Source: Euglena gracilis
Taxonomy: Eukaryota
Assembly (NCBI GenBank): GCA_039621445.1
Contig: CP154954.1
Coordinates: 12,828,716 to 12,892,715 of the forward strand
Length of the DNA: 64,000 nt
Direction: 5' to 3'
This document shows, piece by piece, positions 1 through 12,800 of the stretch (its first letter is position 1; every line of letters begins with the position of its first letter). Below the pieces are notes generated by a model that was given only the letters and a program-made list of their open reading frames with translations, was not told the DNA's origin and ran no database searches. The translations under genes were made by a program, and so were the position numbers.

Positions 1-2343
1 GATCTCTTGATCACTCCATCCACCAAAGTTTCGAAAATGGCATTTTTTTGAAAATTTTGTTTTTCACCAACCCAGCCCAGCCCAGCCCCCTCCAGCCCCG
101 GACCTCCCCCTCCTCCCCCCCCACCCCTCACCCCCGGGGTGGGGGGTCCAGCCAGCCAGCTCAAATCCAGCCAGTGGCCTTTTTGCCAGCCGGAGGCTGG
201 ACCCCCCCGGGGGGTGCTTAAGAAATCCCCTGACCCCAGTGGCACTGTTCATTCATTCGTTTTGTTTGAGAAGTTGTAGTTGGTCTGTTTACAATTTTGG
301 TGCCTTTAACCCAGCAGGATGGACAGCGAAGCGCCCTGCTCCTGATAGCCCGTCTCCCCATTCCCTCGGTGCCCATGCCACGCCTCTGCCAACCGCGACC
401 CTTTGCTTTGTTCATGACCCCTATTCTTTCAACTGTCCCTGGTTTGATGCCAAGAAAATTCTTCAAAGTCTTTTCAGAGAAGCCTTGGAGTCACAATCCA
501 GTTTTTCTGCTTTTCAAGTTGTATTTGCCGTCTTCCAGCATCCCCCCAACCAGCTGTTTCTTATTTGGGCTTGCTGGTTCCCCTGATTTTGAAACAGCCG
601 GATAATCAGCGCCGGGTTCAGTAATGGCTGAGTGCATTTGACAAAATAACGAGAAACATGTTTTAATGTGGTCCACCCACCCACCACCCCCACACTCAAG
701 AGAAGCTTGGCCAGCTCTCTTTTCATTTCTAACGTTTTCTTTTACGGCCAGTTGCACGGTCGTCAGCGCATTTCGTTCTTTATGTGTATGTCATAAATGT
801 TATGCCGTTACGTACACCATTCCTTTGCCAGCTGTTTATCGTTCGTTCTTTGTAGTTTCGCTTATTTTTTTCTCAAATCAATTCGTTTGAAGTCAATGTA
901 CTCAGTTTATTATTTTGAGGTTCGCTAAGAAACCAATTTGCTAAAATTTCGTCACGTTGATCCCAGGGACTGCGCCAATGGACCCCGTGCCATATGCTGA
1001 CGACACATCCCAGCATCTTCTCGGCCTGAGAATGGAACACGAAGTAAAAACCCTGTGATAAGAGGGTGGGAAAAAGAGAAATGGGGCAGGACAATAAAAA
1101 AAAATAAAAAAAGGGGATGGAACGAATCAGAAAACAAAAAAGAATGAGATGCAACCATCCGAACCAACACCCCCCCCCCCAACAACACACCACCACGCCC
1201 CACCCCCCACACACCCCCCCCCCCCCCCCCAATCGGGCCCCCCGAATAGAAGCCCCCCCCCCCCCTCGGTTTTTGACCAACGTTCCGAATAGTGCCCCCC
1301 CCCGAGTAGTAGGCCACTCCCCGTGGGTTGTCTGTGAATTGAGACAGCAAGTGCTTTGGCTCCTTCAGCCATTGGTTAAATGAGGGTTGGGTGAATTTAC
1401 ATTTTCTGATCCAATGCATCCACAAGAGTATATTTGCAGTAAATTTGACATGGTTTGGAAAGGTAAGATACGTAGACCCACAAACCATTTTTCCGAATAG
1501 TGACCCCCCCCCCGAATAGAAGCCCCCCCCCCCCCGGTGTTCGACCAACTTTCCGAATAGTAGCCCCCGGGGGCTTCTATTCAGGATGGGGTTTACCAGA
1601 GGTCTCCACATGGACCTGGACCCGGCCCCTGAAAAACCTGGTTGTTGAGAGGGTGTGGCAGGGTGAAGAAGCCACTGCCGGTGGTGGTTGGGGTGGTATG
1701 TGATGTGGTCTGTCTGAAGAGATTCATCCCCGCTGCAAATTCGGTGGGATCTCCCGACCCTTCCCGGGACATAGACCATTCTCTCCGCTGTGGACCATTT
1801 CCCCTGCAGCCTTGGCAAACCACCGCCTGCACACGCCTTGACAAACACCCCAAACACGCACCCCTTCCCTCCTCTTAACCCCATCATTTTCCCCCTCCGT
1901 AAATCGCCCAAACAAAATGTAAAATCCGAGGCGGGGGGAGCCAGAAAATTTGGAATCCACTTTTGGATACCTGAGACTCCGGAAGCTTCGTCGGCCTCCC
2001 TCTGAGGAATTTCCCTGGAACCACCTCTGGTTAGCCAATTTTGTACGCAGGCCACATCCGGAATGAAAGGAGAGAAGCACAGAAAAAATTTTTTGGGGAT
2101 TGAACCCGACAACTTCGTCACCCCCACACTCCTGCACCCTGCACTGGTGATTTAAGAGATGGAAGATGATGTTTGTCCTCATTGGTTTGGCTTTCTTGTG
2201 ATTGGTCTGGCTTTTTTGGGTAGTTGTGTTCAACTGTTGAATCAAGAATTTTTCTCATAATTTATTTTTTCAGTCACCATTATCATTCGAATTCATTATT
2301 TTTTGACGTGTTTTGAATGGATAGAAAAAATGGGCCAAAAATG

Positions 2344-2418
2344 GGTGGTTGCCAGCGCTTGAATCTGGGTTTCCCGAATGTCAGACTCTTTCCACTGAGC
2401 TACTGAGCTACAGTCACC
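2344..2418 (-). pseudogene. tRNA-like pseudogene or tRNA-derived SINE head
   Basis: Minus strand reads GGTGACTG-TAGCTCAGT(AGCTCAGT duplicated)GGAAAGAGT...CCAGATTCAAGCGCTGG-CAACCACC: A-box, degenerate T-arm/B-box and 6/8 acceptor-stem pairing. Anticodon arm is eroded, so no isotype can be given. Confidence 0.55.
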
Positions 2419-3374
2419 TTCTGTTTCCAAGTTTCTATTCAATTTAATTATTGTAATTCTTAACATTAACATCGACCTCTGAGCGTTTTTCGACGACCAA
2501 CCATGCTGTGTCAAATTTGATTGTATTGAGCTTTTTTCCGGAGCCTGGTCATCTGTCTCCAGGTAGCCTCCTCAGCAGACCCGAGGCAGGTAAAGGCAAA
2601 AAAGTTCATCAAAAAATTACAGGGAGAAGCGGGAGAGAAATAATGGATGTAGGGTGTGTGTGTGGGTGGGTGGGTGGGTGGGTCGGTGTGTGGGTGGGTG
2701 GGTTCTGGGCCTGTCATGCATACCAGGAATTTTGTGTCGTGCAGATAAAACAAAAAGCCGGAAGAACAAGAAATTCGGCCAAAGCAGGGGAGTGAGCCCC
2801 AAGAAAAGAGAATTTGCTCGGATCACATAGTTCACATAGTTCTGGAAGCGCTGACACGGAAATCAAATTCCAGACTTGTTTGTGTTTGTGCACACCAACA
2901 AAAAGAAGTTTATGTGCGAATTGTGCCACCCAAGTCAGAAAAAAATGCTTGCCTGCAATTTCCAGTCAGTTTGGCATCCACCCACCCATTGTTGGAAAGG
3001 GCTGTTATCGCCAATATGGCTTTGACCTTTACATTCCAGTGGTTGGCCATTCCCATGTTTTCCCTCCACCGCTTTTCCACATCACGGCCTCGGTAGCCAT
3101 ATAGCCACCGTGCAGGCCATGTTTGCCGCCTTTCTTTTTTAGGTCACCCCTCCTGCTACGTTCACATGTGTTGCTTCTCTTTTGCAGTCACTCTCATTTT
3201 CCATCACCCTTTCTTATCTCCTCCCATTCTTTTCTGATTTCTGATTCTGATTCTTTTATTTATTTTTATTTACTCTTGATTTATTCTTTTATTCTGTATC
3301 CTTTTTTTATTGAGTTATTTTAATACCAGAAAATATGACAACCTCAGTATGATGTGGGGGAAAACCGCAATTCT

Positions 3375-3685
3375 TTTAGAAAGAGCATTTGGAAGGGCCC
3401 ATACGCATGCTTCCATCAAAACTGATCGCGGATTTTGGGTCTGTTGCATTACAACTGGCAGCTCCAGCGTAACGGGTGTGTTGCAAGTGTGTTACTGAGA
3501 CGGACAGACAGAAAGGCAGGCAGATAAAGCTTTAGAAAGAGCATTTGGAAGGGCCCATACGCATGCTTCCATCAAAACTGATCGCGGATTTTGGGTCTGT
3601 TGCATTACAACTGGCAGCTCCAGCGTAACGGGTGTGTTGCAAGTGTGTTACTGAGACGGACAGACAGAAAGGCAGGCAGATAAAG
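3375..3685 (+). repeat. Perfect tandem duplication, 155 bp x2 (period 156)
   Basis: 3375-3529 is identical to 3531-3685; the paralog near 58700-58850 has only a single copy. Confidence 0.95.
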
Positions 3686-4017
3686 AACTCGAGACAGAAA
3701 GAGCGAGAGAGATGGGGATAGTTGGTGGGTCTGCCAGGGCTTTCGGGAATCCACCCAACGGGTAATGGGTGGTGTGTGGGGTGGTCGATCCCGGGGGGGG
3801 GGGGGGGCTACACGGGACCCTGCTGGGGATAGTCGACCAGATTGGAGGTCGACCCCTCACCCATCCAAGCCCGCAAAAATTTATCTCACCTCAAAATCCG
3901 CGCCTCCAGTAATATAGGTTCTGGGGGGATCCACAAGGCTTTTGGGGTCTACTGCTGGCGTTTTTTCCGGCCAGGCAATCGCCATGGACAATTGCGTAAT
4001 TGCGAAGTCCGCTGGGT

Positions 4018-4318
<301 letters not shown>

Positions 4319-4409
4319 AGGGAGAAAGGTCGCCCCACCCTGTTGCTTCCAGTCAGCCTTTGCCACAAACCCAGACCCAGACATGACCCACAACCCCAGA
4401 CATTTTTCA

Positions 4410-4871
4410 TGTCACGTTTTCAAAGAAGGCCCTTCCAGAAGCGCTGATGCCCAGATTGTGAAATAAACCCAACCGAACCAGCGTCTTTTTACACCGTCTT
4501 TAAATGCACACCTCGCCCGCAAAAGATAATTGATGGAACACAGGCAGAATTGATGTGTTGATATTTGTGATGTTGAATGTTGAAAGCCGGGCAAAGGTCC
4601 CCCCCGAAATTATAAGTCCGTTTTCACTCCAGAGGTGAGTTGAGAAGAATGCAATTCCAGATATATCCGGTTTGACGGTTATGGCATATGTTACCAAAAT
4701 GAAGATAGGTGCAATGAACCTGATGGTTCCAATGGAGCGGCAGCACGCCACGCCGCGGACCAGTTTCTTGGAGCCATTTTGCGAACCCACCCAAGTTATA
4801 CCCCCATCACAGCTGATTTTCAACCTACCCACCATTATGAGCCCACAAGACAAGGAGCCTGACCTCTGATT
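4410..4871 (-). pseudogene. Degenerate exon-like segment, unknown product
   Basis: After a TTACAG acceptor one frame reads SEVRLLVLWAHNGG*VENQL*WGYNLGGFAKWLQETGPRRGVLPLHWNHQVHCTYLHFGN... with scattered stops. The block is retained in the paralog (59720-60215). No family recognised. Confidence 0.3.
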
Positions 4872-6612
4872 CTGTAATATGTAATTCATATAATACGTCA
4901 ACCTCCATCCACATTTAATTTGGAGATTTTGTTTCCTGGATATGAATGATTTGAAGCACAGACCAATATTTGACCAAATATTTTTTTGCCTCTTTCATTG
5001 TATTTTACAAAAAAAATTCAGTGGTGTGTGTTCAGGGATTGGTGCTCATACCGAAACAATTGATTATGGATGATTACGAATATTTATGGATAAGCCCAAA
5101 ACCCCCAAATATGAATAATTGTGGATAGCTATGGATAAGCCAAATTTTTGATTGTTGAGACCATTTTTGGCAACACAGACCACTTCTTGGTTGCTGAGGC
5201 CATTTGGCTATTATGCTGCTGCATCTGGGTGCTTTGGATACTGCTTCTTCTGCTACTTCTACTGCTTCTCGCTGCTGTTTGGGAAATTTTGGCCTCCTTT
5301 AGCCCACTTGTTTTGTCATTTTTGGCCATTTCTGACTGCTTTTGGTTGCATTTGGTCACTTTTAGCTGCTTCCCAGTTTTAACCCAGATTTGGCCATTTC
5401 TGGCTGTTTCTGGCTGCTTTCAGCTGTTTTGTGGTCGTTTATATATATATTTTTTTTGATTTGGTTTAGGCTTTTGCGCCTTTTTTTCCCCATGTTGCTT
5501 TGCTGCTTCTGGCTGTTCCTGGCTGCTTCTGGCTGATTTAGTCATTTTTCTGTGACATTTTCCTTATTGTGGACTTTTTTTAGGCAATAAAATACGATCA
5601 ACCTTTCTGCTCTCATTGGCTGCAGACATTTCTGGGTGGGTGTCCCCAGTCAGCACCAGCACTGTTGCAATTACGGATAATCACGAATGGTGCATCTTGC
5701 TCTGATTATCCTCCTAATGACCACCTCTCAATAGCGATGCGAGGCTTGCAGCTGTCATTCAGTCTCCCCTAAGACCCCGTGCCCTGGTTCCTGTTGCCGT
5801 GCCCACGCCAGGTGTAAGCACCCCATCCGCTCATGACCCACATCCCCATATCTGTTCCCTCCCCTCGTTGTTTGACGAGGTGTCTCTCGCATTCCGGGCA
5901 GGTCGTCGCATAAGTGGAAGGTCATCTCACCCCAGGTGGGAGGGTCCACCAGCCAGCTGCCCTTTTCCAGCCTCAGACCCCCCCCATTCCACAATTTCAT
6001 TTATTCTGCAGTCCCAGAAGGAATGCTGGATGGTAATGGATTTTTTTGCTTTTGAGGGGCACATGCTTACCAAAAAAACGATCAAAAATGGAACAAAAAA
6101 AGTGGCTACCACAATATTTGCGTCGAAAAATCAATTTTTTGCCTTCTTGGACAGGTATTTTTTGCAGTTTCGACTAGTTTTTTTCCATTCCAGTTTGACC
6201 CAGCAGCTTTTGTCCAGCTGCACCCCCCCCGTGGGGGGTCCTCAGGCGACGCCCTGTTTCCAAATTTCCATTCTTGTCAGCTTCAGCTGCTTTGGCGATA
6301 CTTAGGTCTTCCTCCCTGCAATACTCTAACACGGCAGCTGTCGGAATGTGTCCAACTCCCAGGCGGAGGGGACCACCAGAACGCATACCTCATTCCATGT
6401 TGAATATGTGTCATATTTGTGAAAATATAGAGTACCCTCAGCCAATGCTCAATTTCTGATTTTTTTTTGATCGGATCATTTCTGGACATTTTTAATATCT
6501 TTCCTTCTTCTTTTGGGCATTTTCAAGCCTTTCTGTGATGATCAAGAACTCCTTTCGCCATTTTCCCCCCTCTGCCTAGGTTCTGGGGGGGAAAAATTGT
6601 CTGATTGGCTGG

Positions 6613-6750
6613 TATACATACATACATACATACATACATACATACATACATACATACATACATACATACATACATACATACATACATACATACATACATA
6701 CATACATACATACATACATACATACATACATACATACATACATACATACA

Positions 6751-6781
<31 letters not shown>

Positions 6782-6789
6782 GATATATA

Positions 6790-6875
<86 letters not shown>
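6613..6875 (+). repeat. Compound microsatellite (TACA)n then (TA)n
   Basis: Directly visible; absent from the paralog at ~61735-61755. Confidence 0.98.
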
Positions 6876-6882
<7 letters not shown>

Positions 6883-9800
6883 CTCTGCAGACGTGTTTAA
6901 ACCTTTCCAGTGTATCTTGTTGAATTTCTCAGCAGGAAAATACACACATCCGGGATACCCCCAAATGAACACGAAAATTTTCTTATATATTAGCAATATA
7001 TGTCAGAATGAATTTCTGATAATTTAACTGGGGCAGAATATTTGAAGGAACACCTCGTTTATTTATTTACTTTATTCCTCTGATTTGTGTTAGCCCCGTG
7101 CTTTTTTGCGGGGGTCCGGATTAGCGTTTAATCTCCTCATTCTTTTGTGCCGCACCGATATACCGTCTCGTGGGGGGGGCACTCCCAGGCTGCTTAAACC
7201 TGTTTCCTGCCTTTGAATCCCCCTCCAACAGTGAAATGCACTCGCCGCTGCCGTCCCAGCGCAGGAAGGTGTCTTGTGTAAACAACGTGTTATTCCCCGT
7301 TGTGCTGCTGACCGTTTTCTGGATGCATGCCCACCCAAGCCCCCCATCGTCAGACCCGCACCAATGGAGCACTGTACCACTCTCTGCACAAACACTCTTC
7401 CTGAAAAAAGCAGCTTTTCCCGGTTGACGTAATGTTGCTTCGGTGACATGTGTGTTTCTGTAGTCGATTTGTCAATAGTTGAAGACCTTCTGAATATGAA
7501 GATTTGTTGAAATTCAAGAGGGTGGGCAGCGTTCTGTGCAACCACCTCCCCCTCTGCTGGTCTGATGCGATCTTTCTGGATACGTCGGCTCCATAAATAT
7601 GTGTATTTTTTTGCTGTTTTGCGAACAAAAAAAATGGAAAATATCAGAATAAAATCCTCAAAATTCAATATGATGAAATATGAAAATTGGGGAAAAGGGT
7701 ACCATTTTACTGCAAAATTGACATGAAATTTCCAAAGCAGCTTGGCATTGTGCAAGCTTGCAACAAAATTGCCAACAGTTGCCAACAGTGGCCAGAAATG
7801 GCAAACTGGCCAGAAATGACAAAAAAATGACCCTCAAACAATCAAAAACGGCCAAAGTGATGAAAGTAGTCAAAAAATGGACAAGAAGTCCTAGGTACTT
7901 GCCACCCCCCCCACCCCCCCTCCTTCCGTGCAAATCTAGCCCCCCTGGAGCTTGGTGACCGGCGCGAATCAACAGGAATTTTTTATATCACCCCCCAAAA
8001 CCTGCCAAAAATTGCCTGGTTTGCAATTTTGTATTTTTTTTGGAACAAAACCGAAAAAAACCCATTTCCACCGGGGCAAACCGCCAGTTGGGGTGAGTTT
8101 TCCAATTGGGGGGACCTGAGGGACCCGGACCCTGGACCTCCCAGGAGAGAGGGGTCCAGCTAATGGCTTTTCTAGTGGCTGATTTTCGGAACCCCCCGGG
8201 ATCCCAAGGCAAAGACTGGATCTGAAAATGCAACAGGTGTATGTGTGTGTGTGCGCGCGCGCGTGTGTGTGTGTGTTGTTTTTGATTACAGGTCTTGATT
8301 TTGCAAATTGTTCCATGCATTCATTGCAAATTGTCCCATTGTGCTGGTCTTTCACATTGCACCTGTCTTGAACCTGTACACCTGCAGTCTGACCAAGGTG
8401 TTCAAAATTCATTTTCGTTCCACCCTGCTTATTGGTGTATAGTAAGAGAAACTTTTCTTCTTTCCCACCCCATTCGTTGCACTGCGACCACTTTGACCGT
8501 GCCATGTCTTTGCCTTTGTTAACATGTGAATACCCATACACTCACGCTCAAAGAATTTGCCCAATTCTGACTCTCTACATTTCATTTTGGTGACCATTCG
8601 GCTTGGGGGGTGAGGTACATGAAACCTTATTGCACAATAATAATCAACCTGTGTTTTACGGATTCCAGACTATTTCATTCCCCATTGGAAAGTGGTGGGT
8701 CAGGCGTGAACCGTTACTGCTTGACGGACAAGATATCGGAAGAAATGGCACAATGCAGCTTTCGTGTCATGTTCCCCTTCCAACTCTTCGTGGAACCATG
8801 GCAACCCGCTGAAACGTCCCCCATTACCACTGGTGGCAGTCTTTTTTATTTGGGTCGGATTGGACATTGCGTTGCGATGGTCCATCGGAATGAGAATATT
8901 ACTTGCAGCTAACCAGCCCCCCAATGTTCAGCTCCCCAAACTTTGTATTTTGCTGGGATTTCAAGATCCTCAGCGTGGGGGGGGGGGGCTTTACATTTTG
9001 GGGGAAGTCAAACTTATCTGGGTGACCTAAACAAAATTTGTTGTGTATCCCCATTTTCCTCAATAATGTGCGTTCCCCTCAAAATGCTTATATCCACCCA
9101 AATTTTTTCTGCTTTCTCCTGAATGGTACGTTGGGGGGTTATTTGGGGGGGGGGAGTATTTTTGTGTTCGATTTCCTCAATTTCTGGACAAGGAGGAGGT
9201 TGGCTTTTGGAAATTGAAAGTTGGAAGTTGGACTCATCCAGCTTTCGTCCATAAACCAATCGCCCCCCGCCGACACCTAATTGTACAGCTTCCCACGCTT
9301 TCCCCTGCTTCGGGCCCAGGCTTCTTCAGTTGCTGAATTGGTGAGTTAATCCTGAAGTCAAACCTGCTGGGTCACGAGGGTGTGTATTTTGCGCACTTGT
9401 CGTAGTTTTTGAACGTGGTGAGTCGAATACTGATGGAAGCTTGGTATACTGGGAGTCGAAAGAATTCACCCGAAACCCCGAAAACTATGTTTCCGAAGAA
9501 GTCTCTCCCCATTCCTTTGGGAGTCGCTGTCCGGAAGCCGTGCGGCGAGCTTGCTACCATTGAGGTGTGGAAGTGGCGCGAGCTGCAGGGTATCCTGCTC
9601 AGTAGTTGCCTCCATGGACTTGTTGACCATAGCTTCCTTTGCTTTTGGCTCTTGCTGGCTATACCCAAACTTTTTGGGCTTGCCCGTGTGCCTGTTGGTC
9701 CACTGCTTTGCTGCGGAGTTCGTTTCGCAAGGTTTGTTTATGTTCAAACGGTTTTCGTCAAACACACAGGAGTTCGAACCACGATGATGTTTTCTCTCGG

Positions 9801-12800
9801 TCCCACCTTTGACATTGGCCCATTCAACCAGACGAAGTTGTGAGGTTCGTGTGCTCCGCTATATGTTTATTTTTGCGGCATCTGTGTTTTTTCCCCAGGG
9901 GCACACTTGTCTTTAACAGTTACCTATGAAATGACTGGGCACGACTGGGCACCAGGGCGTGACTGGCTTTGATGACACTCATTAGTGGGGTTTCGTGCAT
10001 GGATTCACTTAGTAACCCCGCGGTGGGTCGGGGCGGGCCTAAACCCATCCACACACTTTTTTCAAAAAGCCACCCACCCATGACCCCCGGGGTGGTCAAC
10101 CAACCACCTACCCTCCCAGATTCCGGCCAAAATAAACCGAAGAAGGTGAACTAAATCTTCCGCCCCGTCCTTCGGCTGGGCCAAATTCTGACCCATGGGC
10201 ACCCCACCCCGTGGGGGGGGGGGGTTCCAGAGGCCCCAACCCGCCCACCAACTCTTGAAACTTCCCCCCGGGGTGTGGTCACACAGGTGTTTTGGTAATT
10301 TATGGTTCTGCGTCTGGGTTTCACTGGGTGTGACTGGGCGTGACTGGCCACAATTAGCCTTTCTTCTCCCATTTTTGTCCCTATGCATGTTTTTGAGTAT
10401 TTTCGGTCACGTTTTGCCCTCTGTTGACCACTTATGGCAAATTCCTTTCCTGGCACTGGCATTTCTGTGCGTGGACTGGTTGTGAACGCGCGTGACCGGG
10501 CATGACTGGGCGTGACTGAGCATGACTGGGCCTAGAATTCTGGATGACCAAAGGTGTTTGGTGACAAGTGAATGGTACGGGAAATGACAAAAAAATTTGC
10601 TTGTTTTATAATTGCGGTGAACTTTCGTAATTTAAGACCTGTTTCCCGGGAGGAACCGTCAAAAAATGAAACGTCCACACACAAAAAAAAACGGAAGGGG
10701 AATGACGTTGGTAATTGATGGAGGATGTTGAGGTCTGGCTGGAGACGCACTGGCTGGGCACCCTGCCCCCAATTGATGAGATTGATGAGATAGGGCAAAT
10801 GAGAATTAAGGGCTCAAAAAAACCTGCTTTTGACCATTTTTGGACCACATCTCAGTAAAATATTGCAGCGGACCTCGGGGGGGGGTCGGAAGCAGGCGTG
10901 TGCTCAGTCGGGTGCCTACCCCATGGCGGGGGGGGGGGGCGGCCAGGGGCAGGCACCCCATAGCACCCGATCCGACCCCACCGGGGGGGGGGGGGGGGGA
11001 GGGTTTTGGGTGGCCGGGGGCCCGGCGCCTTTGGGGGGCCCGGAAAATTCCATTTTCCCTGAAAATTTTCTGGGTCCCCCCCGGACCCCTACCCCCGCCG
11101 GGGGGCGTGCCTGCTAGGGGCAGGCACCCTATAGCACCCCCCACCCCCCACCTCCCCCCGGTCGGTAAGCACAAGCATGGTCGGAAATTTGCCTGGGACA
11201 TGCTCCAGGGGAGGGGGAAAAAATGTCATTCTCGCAAGCCATGCAACTGGTTGCAGTCGTTTGGCGCCTCCACGGGCGAATTTGCCCCCACACCCGCCAA
11301 CAACCCCCACTAGTGCAAATCCTGAAAGTGAAAAGTGGAACCGTCCCACAGGCCACAAGATGGGGTGTGCCACGAAGACGAAGAAGACGCAGCACATATT
11401 ATGGCTTCCAAATAATTGCAAAAAAAGTTAGTAGTTGATGAAATATTGCTGCTCAAAAGCGAAAATATAAGTGACGTTGCTCTGTGCCTGCTCCCAGATG
11501 CTGCTTGTGTAATTTTTTTTTTCATATTCTAAGTATTTCTGCATCTCAAAGGTTGCGGTGTCGCAGGGATTTCTGAACAGAGGTCTTCTTTAAGTACCTG
11601 CTGGGGGTTCCCCGACTGAAGAAAGTGTTGGCTGGAAAAAAGTGTTGGCTAAAGGGGTCCAGCAGCTGGACACGGCTGGTAAAACCAACAAAGTCCAAAT
11701 ACAGTTGGGTTGGTTGGGATTTTTCAGCCAATCTTTTGAGGTGATAAATATAAATGCATTTAAAAATGCTGTTGTTTTTGGTCATTTTTTTGCCTCGTTA
11801 AAAAGAATTTCGGATGAGCCCAAAAATATTTTTTTCGGTCCATCACAGCTTCGTCTCGCAGCCACACAAAGTGTAGCTCGACCAGGGGACAAGGTCCCCT
11901 CGGGCTCAAGAAAACGTTAGGTGATGCACAGACCCCAGGGATGCAATTCCACCAACCTACGCAATCAATGTCCAACCATACTTCTCAGCATTTCAGCCTT
12001 GAAATGCCAGGGGCACCGATACCGTTGTTGTGTGCTTGGGGGGCACACCTCTTGCAATCATTAGTGTGCCACTGGTGGAATGACTCTCCCTCCCAGCCTG
12101 CCATGGGGTTGCCTCCGGGCTACATCAGACCTCCTCCCCCCCCCCCCCCAGCCCTGACCGCTTTGCGGGCGCAGTGTGCTGGTTTGACCTCGCTGAACCG
12201 TCAAATGTGTTGGCGGGAGCCCGCGCGTGGGACGCTTCACCAGCAAATTTCCGCGATTCCAGTGATTTTGTTTGGGAGAATGACAAAGATTATTTTGTTC
12301 CGGTTCTAATAATTGTGAAGCGGTCAGTGCTGTATGAACCGCTCCCCTGCATGGAAAAAAATTGCAAGCAAAAGAGCAATGTCGAGAAAGTTTCGCAAAT
12401 TCAAACAGAGCCGCCATGGAGGCCTTTCAAACCCACGGGGACGTGTACCTCCCCACAACGGGGGAACGTGCTTTCGACCAAGGTGCTTGCCATAGCAGAA
12501 GCGCAAAGGAGTTCCCGTAGAGATGGCATTTTGCCCCCCCCCCCTTGCATTATCCGTGTGGAGTGTGCGACCTTTACCCCTGTGACATGCCCCCCGCCGT
12601 CGAAGGGACAGTGCTCGGTGGGGGGGGTGACCTGGTTTTTTTTTGCAGAATGTGAAGGTTACTTTCGAATAATTTCTGTTTTTTTGTAACATTTTTTATG
12701 CTTTTTCACGCTGGCAGATCCAGGGCAAAGTGGAAGAGCTCCAGAGTGGCTGGTGCAACATATTGCCTATGAAAAAGGAAGTAAAATAACTGGAATACGA

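Noticed and set aside
952-2127. 391-aa minus-strand ORF
   Set aside because: It runs through poly-G tracts and repeat fragments, has no domain signature and is absent from the paralog.
9300-9850. Possible protein-coding exon
   Set aside because: Composition is exon-like, but every frame is interrupted and no motif was recognised.
9917-10542. MITE with (GCGTGACTGG)n subterminal repeats
   Set aside because: The repeats are real, but the candidate TIRs match poorly and no TSD was found, so boundaries are unsupported.
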